Source: Saccostrea echinata (taxonomy: Eukaryota). Taken from it: DNA of 64,000 bases. The notes beneath the pieces were generated by a model. That model was not told where the DNA came from. It ran no database searches and worked only from the letters and a program-made list of their open reading frames with translations. Shown piece by piece: positions 35,901 through 48,708 of this stretch (position 1 is its first letter; the number at the start of each line of letters is the position of its first letter). The stretch lies in contig NW_026889750.1 of the NCBI RefSeq assembly GCF_033153115.1, forward strand, positions 22,940,001-23,004,000. The letters run 5' to 3'. A program made the position numbers and the translations under genes.

Positions 35901-37124
35901 TTGAGGAGTATAAATAGGTAATTTAGTGTAACCTAGAAAAATACTAAATACATGTACATGTATGAAGAATATATTATCATGTGGAGAAACCCATATGGGT
36001 AAAGAAAAAGAATGATGTTTGATCATAACTGTCTATTTAGGGTATTCAGCAGGGCTGAAATAATATGGCACAATTGAAAAAAAATACTATAAATTAACTA
36101 ATTCAAAAGTATTTTGCAATTGGGGCTTCAACTATACTAGCAAATAGCAAATGACTGATTTTCTATAACAATCGATCACAGAAGCAACACTTATTACTGG
36201 GCAGTTTCATTGCTCTCTTCATAAAAATATGGTGTTCTTTAAGGTTTAGAGTAAATGAAAAAGAGGTTTTAAGTAAAATTTAAACAGGGCAAAGTCAAGA
36301 TTTTCAATTATCAATTAATGACTTGAATATTGTCTGTAATGGACAAGCACAACTAATTTCATTGTAGCAGCTTTTACCTCTGAAATATAAGAACTTTGAT
36401 TCTACAAGTGCTACTTTAACATATCTCTAAAATTTGGTATATTTTATCAAAATGAGAAAAAAATGTGTACAAATTTGATCCATAGTTATTGAGAAGGAAT
36501 CCACTGCTTTCTGACAAAAGAAAGTCTTTCATACCTGAGCTTCATCAAACTGGTTTTCTCCCATGAAACCTGGGGCTCCATTCATTATTTGGGGTTCTCC
36601 ACCTTCAAACATATCATACTGCCCTAAAAACATTAAAAAAAAATGAGAATAGTTACAGTATTTTAAAGATAGGCCAGAAAAGCTGAGAAAAGTCATGTTT
36701 ATAGCTATAAGTTAAAAAAAGATAAGTATAAGAAGACAGGCATGATTACTCATTTGTTGGCCAAAAATCATCTACATTCTCCAATCAACAATGGTCACAA
36801 AACTACAATTTTTTAGAATGTATATTTGCGGAGAAATAGCTAAAATAAATTCATGGAGATATTTCGAATAGCAAGTTAAAGCTATGTAGCCTAAATCGTG
36901 GGATTGTTCACCTTGGACTGTCGGAGCATGGTGGGCGGACACCGGCAAATAATTTGTATTATGTGGTGTATGATGAGGAAGTTACCTTCATCAGTTTGTT
37001 GTGTGAATTCATCATCTTCTAAACCAGCTAATTCCGTTTGTTCCCTGGCCAAGAAGGCAGCTGCTGGGTCCTCCTCCTCGTTTTGTGCTGGAGGTTCACT
37101 TTCGAAAGCATCGAAGTCAGACAT
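32907..37124 (-). CDS. CLTA: Clathrin light chain, 5 exons, 208 aa
   Basis: Exons 37124-36986, 36623-36535, 35308-35194, 35009-34898, 33078-32907; motifs EEDPAAAFLAREQTELAGLEDD, EPEKLRIWREEQ, WREAAKKELDDWY, WEKICRLCEFNPK..KDVSRLRSILLQLKQTPL; likely co-orthologue of vertebrate CLTA/CLTB. Confidence 0.95.
34070..34247. mobile_element. Small TA-flanked MITE in a clathrin light chain intron
   Basis: TA|CTATGGAATCA ... TGATTCCACAG|TA; termini similar to 52771-52994. Confidence 0.5.
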
Positions 37125-37552
37125 CTTTGACTGTGTGTGACGTCAATGATGGTAGAAAGCCGAGGAATACCGAATATTACGTCATTCTTCCGGAAAGATC
37201 GGTCATTTCCGGAAAACTTCGAAACGTCAATCGGCAGACATGCCGAAGTTTGCCGAGCTTTGCTTATCGTGATGCACTATTCAGATTTTGACGGGAAAAT
37301 GTTTTGTCGATCAATGAGCGAAAATATTTTAGTATTATTTAGCGAAGAATATTTAATATGACTAAGATTTATTTACAATCATCATTTTATTATCACATTC
37401 AAATGGTTTATGGAACGATGAATGTGTGCATCACGTTATAGAAAAATAATAACAAAGGGGTGTCTCGTGGCTAAGTCGTCAATATCGGTCTCGTTCTAAA
37501 AATATAAATGATTCGTCAAAGGTTCAAATACTTTAGAACCGTCCATTTGAAA
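37125..37552. promoter_or_regulatory. Putative bidirectional promoter between clathrin light chain and TBCEL
   Basis: ~430 bp between divergent ATGs, CpG-enriched, CRE TGACGTCA at 37138-37145, TTACGTCA at ~37177, two TTCCGGAA (ETS-core) palindromes at ~37188 and ~37207. Confidence 0.6.
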
Positions 37553-39055
37553 ATGGAGGAAGAGAGAATGGAGCGAAAAAACGTTGCCTTTAGTGTAATG
37601 CTTCCGTCTTCAAAAGGACGGAAAAGGAGATTAAGGAAGAAATCTTTTACAGAGGCTGTCAAGGAAAAATACTGCATGAGCGATCCCAATAAAATATTTA
37701 CTTCGGGGTTTGTGATCGACATAAAGGTGACGGGGAAACCTAAGGCAAATGACTCTGAAGCAGAATTGGCGTATCTCAGAAATGTGGTACGTATGGTTTT
37801 GTGTTGATATATGTTTTGTTTATATTTTTGCTTTGTTTACAAAAATAGAACATCAAACAGCTGACCTACTTTGGCACGAGGCCAAATAATTGTTGGATAA
37901 TGCATTCCGTTCTGTTATCATGTTTATCACGTTAATCGTGATGTTTAGTGTGTTGGTCTCATTTAGCTGGTTAAGCAATATGAAGTTGAATAATTGAAAA
38001 AAATGTGTCAATGTACAATATAAACTCAGTCATAATTAAAACATTTTTTAAATTTATTAGGAGGAAAAAAAATAAAAGTATGCTTGCATCAGTGCATGTG
38101 AGAAGATAAATCAATTTTATAATAAAGATTATGTTTGCTTGCATGGTGATAATATGTAGCCCCCCTTCCAACCCCAGTTCTTCATTCAGATGAGTTGCTA
38201 TGCAAACTCCAGACCCCCATGTGATACATTAAGTATGACGGCATTAAATGCAAACAGAAACTTGAGATTTGATGTTTTATTTTTATTTCACAGGTACTGA
38301 CTAACAGTGCTGTTGGTCATGCTGGTTTGCCAAATGAAGGATTGTCCACTCTGTGTCCTAATGTAGTTGACCTTGACCTTTCAAGCAATGCCCTAACAGA
38401 TTGGAAAGACATGCTGACCATTTTGTCTAACCTACAGTGCCTTAAATTTGTAAATTTAGCTAGAAACCTGCTGCAAAATCAAGAGGTGAATTTCAGCTAC
38501 ATAAAAAGTTAATAATGATCAATTTATTGAAGGTGTGAATGATATTTTACTTCTACTGACCATTCCTTTGAGAAATTGATCTTTCAGGGTTGCAAATAAC
38601 ATTAAAAACCTTAGGGGCCATGTGGGCCCCAACTTTACAAGTTTTTCTAGCCACAATGTTATTTTGGGGCCCACAATTTTCTCTCCACTTTGAAAAAAAA
38701 AAAAACTTTCTCAATCTTTTTGTATTTTAATCTCTGAGAAATATACTTTGCTGTCCACAGTCTTTCATTTCCCTGATGATTTCGACACCATGTATGAATG
38801 ACATAATATTGCATCATTTCCAACATTCTGAGACTTCATAAAGTTTTAATGTTAAGGCATTTAAGGGGGCAGAAAGCATGTTGCAGGTAGGGAAACACAG
38901 TGAAAATGAAAGTCCATTTATTCATAGAATCAAAGCATGGTCAGGTTCTGATAAAATTCTTGTTCACCATATGAGCAATTACATCCTAAAGAGCTGGTTG
39001 CCCACAGGCAAAATTACTAGCATTTGCTAATGGGCGAATGGTTATGTGCAATCCT

Positions 39056-39103
<48 letters not shown>

Positions 39104-42100
39104 TATGTACCTTTAACAATTGATTTTTTTTATGTTAGGTACAATAATATATTTGTTTGTAGAATGTCATTCAATCTTGGGCTACAACCCTTCCTCAGAT
39201 AGAGAATCTAGTGTTGAATGGAACATACACCAGCTGGCAGGATGTTATTGATTTGTCAAAAAAGATTCCGTCCCTGAAAGAATTGCATGCCTGTGAAAAT
39301 GGTATGCTATAAAACCAGTTTATCATAAACAATAGTTAGATTTACTCCAAAGAAAAAAAGGAATATATAGATTAAAGGAGGTTACATGTATGAGGATATT
39401 GTTTGGGGAAGTTATTGTGGCTATTCCTTACACATCTGCCCCAGTAGAAAAAGCAATCGATGGCAGAAAGAACCTTCAGCCTGATAGACATGTAGGTTAG
39501 GGGACACAGCATTTCAAAGTTTGATGATTCAATACATCTGCTGTAATTGTAAAAAAATATTAGTGTGAATATGATATGAATATATGAAAACTGTCATAAC
39601 TATTTATATCACTTTTACCTGCCTTAGTTTGATGTCGAAGTGTTTTCTTCAAATGTAGTTATATGTAATTTAATTCATTACATTTGCAAAGTAATTGTAT
39701 TTTAATTCATTAAATTTCAAAATCTTTGTAATGATAATTGTGTGATTTAAGGTATGTCACTCGTGAAATTTGTTATATCAAGGATTTTTTGAGAAGTATA
39801 TTTTGGATAAGTACTCATATAGTATGACTCAAAATCGCAGAGAAAATGGGGGGTCAGTGTGCATCTAACTGAGCTAAGGTACAATTAAGTTGACCTTTTT
39901 GCACTTAAATTGTAACACTTTTGTTAATCACTTTAACCGGTATCATATTTTATAAGATGTAACTATGGCAATAAACACAATCTTATTTTACGTAAAATAG
40001 TTTGAATAATATTTATCATTGAACAAATCATGCAAATTAATGCGCGTAAATTATTGTGTGACCTATTTGCACTAAAAAAGTCTCATATTTGGGGTATTAA
40101 AAATCTAAATAGGCAATAGAATATTTTCTTGTATCAAACTTTTTACGACTTAAGTGCATAAGTATCGAGTGGTTTAAAATAATGAAAGAAAAAGTTGGGG
40201 TTAGTGATGTAAATTTTGAATTATTGGTCAAAATATGCAATTTTCAGGCAAAAAACTGTGTAAATTTTATCTCGACTTCCTTAATATACTAGTATCTTCA
40301 TTTCTTGGCAATGTTTGTTGAGCGAAGGTGTAAATTTTGTTATAAAAATATAAATTGAGACATATATTTAATATTCCAGGCATATCATAACGGAAAATAT
40401 TCTCTGAGTAAAAGTATGGGAGGCTAAGGTTCCAAGATATTAAATTTAATAAATGTGTAGATTTGCAGAATTTTCTGCTAAATATCCTTACGCCACAAGA
40501 AATAGTCCCTTATAAATCTTGCTTCTTTGTGAATTTTTGAGCAGTTTTTTAATTGAATGTTGAACATCTTACAATGTTTAATTTAAATATGTTATAAAGA
40601 TTGAATTGTAATAAATAGCTTTTAAGTAAGAGGTTCTGACTGAAATTTTCTAAAAGGCTGACGAGTGATATACCTTAATTGAAGGTTTTGGGCAAGTAAT
40701 TGTGATTTAATTAATTACTTTCATATGTAACTGACTCCATCCCTGATTATTAGTAGAATTCCATATCGTAAATAATGTGCTGTATAAATTTAATGTACAT
40801 ACAGTTGAACCTGGGTATCTCAAACATCAATATCTCGAAGATCATGGATATATTGAAGTCACCAACCACTTATTCCTTCTGTATTTTAATTACCCTTGAT
40901 ATCACGAATCCATGGATACCTCAAAGTCTGATTGAATTTGAGATAACAAGGATTGGCTGTATTACTAGTTCTCAGATAATTCCAAGGTCTTTTCTATTTG
41001 CTTTTCTTAAGCAGTCTGAGGGTGGTTTCAGGGAGAGACAAGGAGAAAGGAAGGATGCAAATAAATGCTATCTATTTTTTTACAGCTGTATTCAAAGATA
41101 TATTGTTTAAAATTGCTATCATAGATTTCATTTGACCAATGAATTTGACCTTTTTATTATCTGAAATATAATTATTTGAATATGATTGTAGAATATGAAG
41201 ATTTGGATCATCCAGAGGATGCTTATAAGTATTTGCAGAACATAAGCTGTCTCAGACTTAATAACAACAGACTCCGAAGGTAAATGCTGGAATCCTGTTA
41301 CTTACTTTAATTTGTCTGTTTGTTTGTCTGCTTGTGTACAAGTTGAACAAATGTAATAAATATTCCTGTGGGTAGAAGTATTATATGACACTATTGGAAT
41401 TTCAGTTGGGAGGAAATATGGAAACTAAAAAATCTGCCTTGCTTAGAATCCCTAATTCTCTCTGGGAACCCTATTGAACACATCTTTTACAAAGAAAAAG
41501 AGGGGTGCAAGATATGCTGTCCAGAAAACACAGGAAATGGAGAAACCATTGAGAGAGATGTTTCAATGGATGTACAAGACATTGTGGAAGATATTGTGGA
41601 TGACATTTTTCGAATAATACATGTAGGAGGAGATGACATGGAAGAAACAGACAGTGACTTGGAATGCATGTGCTGCCAACACAGTGACCCATTCTCCAGA
41701 CTCAAACTAGTCTGTCTGAGTGAGACTCAGCTCAATGATTGGGCTCACTGTGAAGAACTCAGAAAGTACCCTGCTTTGGAATCTCTCAGAATCAAGGTCT
41801 GGACTATTTAATCTGATTTACTGAAGTCACAATTGTATAGATTCATGTATCAGAGGAAAAACTTACCTTTTAGACTGGCTATTATGAATTGAGTAACTAA
41901 TATTTATTTTTGTTCATTTCACACAGGATGTTCCTTTAGTGAAAGAATTAGACACAGATGACAGAAGAAAACTTCTTGTTGCACAGTATGTTACATGTAC
42001 CAAATTTAAATTTATAAATACATGTACATGTATATCCCTAAAAAATTTATAGCATTTGCAGTAAACTTCAGATTGAAAAAAAATCTTCATTTCTATATAC

Positions 42101-43283
42101 AATACCCTTCTTTAACAGAATGCCAAGCATCAAAATATTGAATGGAAGTGAAGTAACCAGCACAGAAAGAGAAAAGTCAGAAAGACATTTTCTCCGATAC
42201 TTCATGGACAAACAGCACAAACCAGACAGATTTCATGAATTAGAGGCTAAGCATGGTATGTCAGTTTCATTTTAAAATCTTTCATCATCTCATATCAAAA
42301 AGCTTACCGGGGTAATCCTCCTTGATACATGTATTTATAATGAAGTCTGTTCATTTACTCGCCTTTCGTGAGTTTCTAGGAATGGAATTTTATAATGGGT
42401 TTTTCTTCTTTAAGTTTTACATTATTAATCTTTGCCACTTTTTAATTAACAGTGTATATTTGGAGATCAAAAGATTCAACTGAATTTTTATGCTAGAAAG
42501 AATATAAATATTGTTTTAAAAATTTATGATTTTTTTCCCCCTTGTATGAAATTTGTTTTCCTGTTATTAACCAGATGAATTGTCATGCTTATATTTCTTT
42601 TTCCTTATTCTAGGTAAACTGGAACCCCTGATGGATATAGACATAAGTGGTGGATATAAGGAGTGGATCACAGTCACATTTATTTACTGTGACAAGCGCT
42701 ATGAAGAGAGAGTCCACGTTGTCGAACCCATTGGGAAACTTAGGCTCATGGCTGCTCAGAAATTTGCTCTCTATGCTTCGTAAGTGTTCTGTGTTTTAAG
42801 TGTAAACTTTCTTCTTTTTAAAAATTTTTTTTTTAAAGATTCTTAATAATGCAGATCTTCAGAGTACAATTTACAATTGTAAATTCTTTCAACCATGTCT
42901 AGTTGGATTTTTTTTTAGACTATACCTTACACATAGTTATCAACTTATGATTCCTATTCAACTTTCTTGACCATAAATGACCAATTTCACGTGGAATATT
43001 ATTTCTGTTTATATTAAATATGCTTGCACATAATGGGCACTAATGTGTTTTTGGTGTTTCCAGGTTGCGTAACTTTAAGTTGTTCCATTATGCATGTGGC
43101 CCCCATCACCGGGAGGATGAGCAAACCTTTGAGGAGCTGATAATGCAGACCCAGTCCCTCCCAATCAGTAGGTTTGATATCATGGATGGGGATGAAATCT
43201 ATGTAGATCCAGCAATGGATGGATTTCAGAATCCGGAGGGGAGTCTCCAGTACTTCCTCATTACGAGTTATATTACAGTGTAG
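37553..43283 (+). CDS. TBCEL: Tubulin-specific chaperone cofactor E-like protein (LRR + C-terminal ubiquitin-like), 9 exons
   Basis: Exons 37553-37786, 38294-38485, 39163-39301, 41192-41279, 41406-41796, 41927-41985, 42119-42255, 42614-42779, 43064-43283; SFTEAVKEKY, LCPNVVDLDLSSNALTDW, LNGSEVTSTEREKSERHFLRYF, RFHELEAKHGKLEPL; no CAP-Gly domain, so TBCEL rather than TBCE; alternative ATG at 37508. Confidence 0.9.
38585..39056. mobile_element. hAT-like MITE in TBCEL intron 2, followed by a ~44-nt T run
   Basis: TIRs CAGGGTTGCAAATAAC / GTTATGTGCAATCCTG. Confidence 0.6.
39751..40674. mobile_element. TTAA-flanked MITE (Kolobok-type RR...YY termini) in TBCEL intron 3
   Basis: TTAA|GGTATGTCACTCGT ... 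ACGAGTGATATACC|TTAA. Confidence 0.78.
40802..40959. mobile_element. Tc1/mariner-type MITE remnant
   Basis: TA|CAGTTGAACCTGGGTATCTCAAAC ... TTTGAGATAACAAGGATTGGCTG|TA; related left end at ~16740. Confidence 0.55.
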
Positions 43284-43708
43284 AGACACATGCAGAATTA
43301 ATTAATATGCTCTTTATATCTTTCTGTTAGAACCAACGAAGAGACTAATATGGCTTACTTTTAATAGATTTTTTTTTCCTCCAAAGATTGTATTAAGTAT
43401 CAAATATTTAAATCAATGAAGAATCTTTGTCAAAATTTACAAGTGCATTTTATTTTCTTCCTTAACCAGATTTACAAGGTTATTATTGTTTTGAAAATTA
43501 CTATTTTACTAATGTCTATAAAGCAAATATCTGTGATATTTTTATACTGAGCAAGATCTCAAAAGAAGATTAAATGACGAAAAAAACTTTGTGACCTCTA
43601 AAAATATTTAAACTGGTATCTTTATTTACATTCATATAAAATGTTGAAGAAAGATATTCATACATTTAATCAGGACTCTACATATTTTTTTGTTGTTGTT
43701 GATAGTGG

Positions 43709-43829
43709 AACAAGCATCTTTACAATGTACTAAGTTCCCTCCCTTGTTATTTTGTAAATAGAGTACTAACAAGCATCTTTACTATGTACCAAGTTCCCTC
43801 CCTTGTTATCATTTGTAAGTAGAGTGCTA
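43709..43829. repeat. ~59-bp tandem duplication downstream of TBCEL
   Basis: AACAAGCATCTTTAC..TGTAC.AAGTTCCCTCCCTTGTTAT..TTTGTAA.TAGAGT twice. Confidence 0.8.
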
Positions 43830-45629
43830 TATTATTGTGCTATTGTAGATGCTGGAAATTTCACCCCTCCTTATTGATTGGGATAATTATCATCTTAACT
43901 TGTGTAACTTTGTCAGTGAAGTTTGTTTTTATCTGGAATGCGACATTTGAAAGTAGATGTTAAATATGTCAATATACATTGTAGTCTGTTTTTTATCTGG
44001 AATGTGAAATGTAAAAATACGAGAGATGTTTTATGCTTACCATAAAACAGGAGGTATATTTCTCAGTAGACAATGTATACCTTACAGGCATATCATCTTA
44101 ATATACATTGAAAGCATGTATTCAAGTACATTCTTTTTTTTTTAGATACATGTACATGAATATGCTATGGATAAGTATTAAGTTGAAGTGCCTGTAGTTT
44201 ATCTAAAGTGTGTTATGATGGTATCCTAATGTTCACAAAATTTGATACATTTGTGTAGTGTTATTTTCTAGCAAGTAGCCCATATGGTATACACTATCTA
44301 AAATGATGTCATTCCATATTGAGTTAGTTATTATCATTTAGTTTCTTACATAGATAATTTTTTTCTCCATTGATCTTTACCATGGTAGATAAGTAGTGAT
44401 TAACATACATGTAACAGGTATGGTAATTATGACCTATTTAGTTCTGTTGAATGAAGTAAATTGTGATATTATTATATTTTATAGTATTTAGTTTTCATTT
44501 CTAACATTCTGCTTTTTGTGATTTTGCTTTGTAGTTCTGTTTTAAACTTCAGGACTTGTACAGTGTTTTAGCTGTAGTACATAATGAAATTGTTGCATTT
44601 TTCCATGATTTATAATCCAGGAGTGCTTTGTTGTCTTTCGTTTTATAGATGCTTGTAAGGTTCAGGATGCTGTGAATTATAGTTGTCAAAGATGGAACAG
44701 TTTAACAGTGAATGTTAATGGGTGTTTTTTTTTTTTAACTATGTAAGCACCTGTCTAGTTAAATATTGAAAGAACACTAAAATTCATGTATATGTCAATT
44801 TTCCTTTTCAAACTAATTTTGAATATTAACTCCTGGTGTTACCAATTTTTTGAGGTATTATTTTTTTTCAACTACCTATGGGCATTTTCTTTTGTTATCA
44901 TTTGAATGTAAATCTTATCTTAGTTGCCTTGAAAATTTGTGCATATTTTTAGGGATTTTTTTTTTTTTTTTGAAAAGTGAAGGAGAAAGCATCCTTGCAG
45001 TGCTACATCTCCGGTCTATACATATCATAGTATTCCATTGTTTGTGGTGAACTTACATGTAATACACATTGTATTTTCAATAAATATTCTTGATATTACA
45101 TGGTTTTCCATCTTAATTTTTGTATTCCTAGTCATACACAGGGCGTAGCGGTGAATGATTATTTTGATGCTAAAGCCTGGTAAAACATTGTTACTATCAA
45201 CATCCAGGAAAGGCCAAATATCAATTTGATATCTCAAGATACATGTAATGTTTAAAGTGGCAATTCATTAAACCAAAATTAATCCCTTAAATCATTAAAT
45301 AAAACAAAAAAAAATTCAAAAATATTTGAAAACTAATCTTTATTTAACAAATCTTTTCCCTTAGCTAACAAATCACTGTAATAAAGCAATCTGTAATAAT
45401 ATACATCTGGAATTTTAATACATGTATTTTTCCTACAGATTACACAATACAATGTACATGTATATCAGCAGTGCCATGATAAAAGCATGTCCACTGGTGG
45501 GCACACAAATGCCTAGGGAGCTTGGGACTGCTCTTGTCCGACACTAGAGTTGTTTCCCTTGAAAATAAGGCAGCAAGTTGGTCAGACATGTATTGTTATT
45601 TTGAATGCTTCCAAAGTATTTTCACTTTG

Positions 45630-48093
45630 TCACCTTTCCTTTAGTCTTTTTATAAATGTCACTTCATCTCGGTTTCTGATGCCATATCTGAAATAACGAA
45701 TAAAACATGTCTTGTTTGCAAAGAATTTGTATACATTGGTGCCACTTTATTGATTTAAATACATGTACTAGATTTAATGCTCACTCTTTTAGAGGCTTCT
45801 TATCTTCATTGAGTTTCTGCCCTTCAAAATACAGCCAATATCTTTTCCAAATATACTTCCTGGAAAATCAATGAAAACAATTTCATCATAAGAATATCTA
45901 GGTCAAGTTCTGTTCTGGGTACGATCGAGCAATTTTTGACAGAGTTATGCCCCTTGGACTTGGAAAAATTCATTTTCAGTATGTGCAACCTCTGCAAAGA
46001 AAATGAACAGAAACTGCAAATAATTGGAATTTTTCTAAGTCCAAGGGGCATAACTCTGTCAAAAATTGCTTGATCATACCCAGAACAGAACTTGACCTAG
46101 ATATTCGTTCTTATGATAAATCTGTATACCAAATTTCTTTTCAGTATGTGCAACCTACGGAAGAAAATGAGCGGAAACTGCAAATGATTAGAATTTTTCA
46201 AAGTCCAAGGGGCATAACTCTGTCAAAAATTGCTTAATCATACCCAAAACAGAATTTGACCTAGATATTCTTATGATTAATCTGTATACCAAATTTCATT
46301 TCAGTATGTGCAACCTCTGCGAAGAAAATGAACAGAAACTGCAAATAATTGGAATTTTTCTAAGTCCGAGGGGCATAACTCTGTCAAAAATTGTCGATCA
46401 TACCCAAAACAGAACTTAACCTAGATATTTTTATAATAAATCTGTATACAAGATTTCATTTCAGTATGTGCAACCTCTGCAAAGAAAATGAACGGTATCT
46501 GTTGGTGGACCGTCAGACAGACAGCAGCAAAGCAATATGCCCTCCCTTCTTCGAAGGGGGGCATAAATATATTTTTTGAATATCTCATTGAGAATGACTA
46601 CAGGGAATATGTAACACTCCTCATATCTAGGACTAACTTCTAGGTTGCTAAATGCAGAACATCAGATTGCTCTAACAGACATCAGGATGCCCAAAGAAAA
46701 TCGTCAAGTTCTAGTACATGTACATGAATTTTTTTTCTACCCAAAATGTAAAGCGTATTAATACTGTATTAGTACTCCAACAGAACATGCGTAAATCATG
46801 ATATACACCCTGTCTCCATCTGCAGTGAAAAAAATAACCTAAATAATAATACAAAATTATCTATTTGACCAAGCTCATCATTTGTTTGACAAAAATTTAC
46901 ATGTACATGTACCCGGTAAGTCATCCAGATGAAACTTAAATGGAAATGATAAGTTCTTAAATGCAAGTGTTGAGCTCTGTGGCAATAAAAGAGTATTTCT
47001 TAATTAAGAGGTACAGAGTTAAAATTTTGCACAATTTTATTTTAAATATACATGTAGAAAGTAATGTGCAAATGAAAAATATTTACCAACTGATGTGCTT
47101 CTTTCCTTTGCTGCGAGACAGCTTCAAGGTCATGTGACGTTTAATGGCATGTTTAAGGTCAAGGACAGTGCCATTCTGAACCACTACCACAGCTGTTGTG
47201 AATTGAGATGTAATACACATAAATTGTAAAGGGAATTTTTATCTGCAAATTGTGAAATTAAGCTCAGAATATTGCAATTTTTTAAGAAACTCAGATGAAA
47301 TAGGAAAAATGCCAAAATTTATGAGATACTACAGACACTATAGCAAAGAAATTGCATCGCCTATATCAGATATGAGTTGACCTGTGGTCTTCTTGTTCAA
47401 AGGATTGGATTCTTAAGCCTTATTCAGAAAAGTTAAGGAATCAAAATTCTACGGGACCTAAATAAGGCCTATAAAGTGAACCTTTCTCTTAAACAAGCTT
47501 AATATGTTTAGCAAATATAGCATCCCTTCAAAATTTTGGGGAAAAAAACTAACAAATGCAATTATCTGAAAATAAACATTGTCTTCACCTGTCTCCATTC
47601 TAAATATGAATTCAGAAATGGGAACAATGGTTTTGCATGAATACTTAAAAATAATTATAAACAGCTGCATAATCATCAGCTCCCTATCCTTTGAACTAAT
47701 ATATATAAAATAAATAGAGATGACTACAAACACAGGACTTCTCCATCAGCTCTTCTGACATTAACCACTATAGCCTGACCATGCTCCAGGGCAATAAAGG
47801 AATTTATTTCCTCCAAGGTCACCTCTGGTGGAAGGTCATATAGAAGGGGATCTTTCTGAAATAGAAGAAATAATCCTTGTATGTATTTAAGAAAACATGC
47901 AAAAAAAAAAAACAAAAACAAAAAAACACACACACACGCACACAATAACAAACAAAACAACAACAACAAAAAAAAAAAAACAAGCCATATACACTTTAGA
48001 AAATAGGTTTGTTTAATAATTGATCCATAAAAATTTTTTCAGACTATATCTGACATTCAGTGAAATTTCACTCTGTCCAATGGTTTCTAAATC

Positions 48094-48181
<88 letters not shown>

Positions 48182-48652
48182 AATTTTGTTTGTATTCTAG
48201 CCTCTGATTGGTTAATATCCAAAAACGAACACAAATTATTTCTGTATAACCTGGTTTGGTATGGGGACACACCCCCTTGACAACCAGCTGAATCATCTGT
48301 ATCCATACAATCCTCTCATTTCCAGTCCTCGGGATTCATGGAAAATTCCAGATTTAATAAATGTACCTTTAATTTCAAATGATAATTCGATCTTACCACA
48401 TGTAACCAAACAACATGGCTGCTAGGCCTATGTATCAGTTTTTACCTCCCCTCGCTTCCCATCACTTCCGTTACTACGGTTGTATTATTGGGCGGCAAAT
48501 TTGAACTTATAAAAAGTAACGGAATTTTACACCCATAGTTATTTAATGATTTTAAAATTAAATTATAAGGAATGACTCTAATTCTTGGCCAAATTATTCG
48601 AGTATAACCAGGTTATACTCGAATAATTTGGCCAAGAATTAGAGTCATTCCT

Positions 48653-48708
<56 letters not shown>

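Noticed and set aside
37553-43283. Assignment as TBCE
   Set aside because: No N-terminal CAP-Gly domain; the SF..A..EKY start and overall layout fit TBCEL
48097-48306. ORFs with IYIYIY runs (also 56225-56434)
   Set aside because: Translations of (TA)n microsatellites
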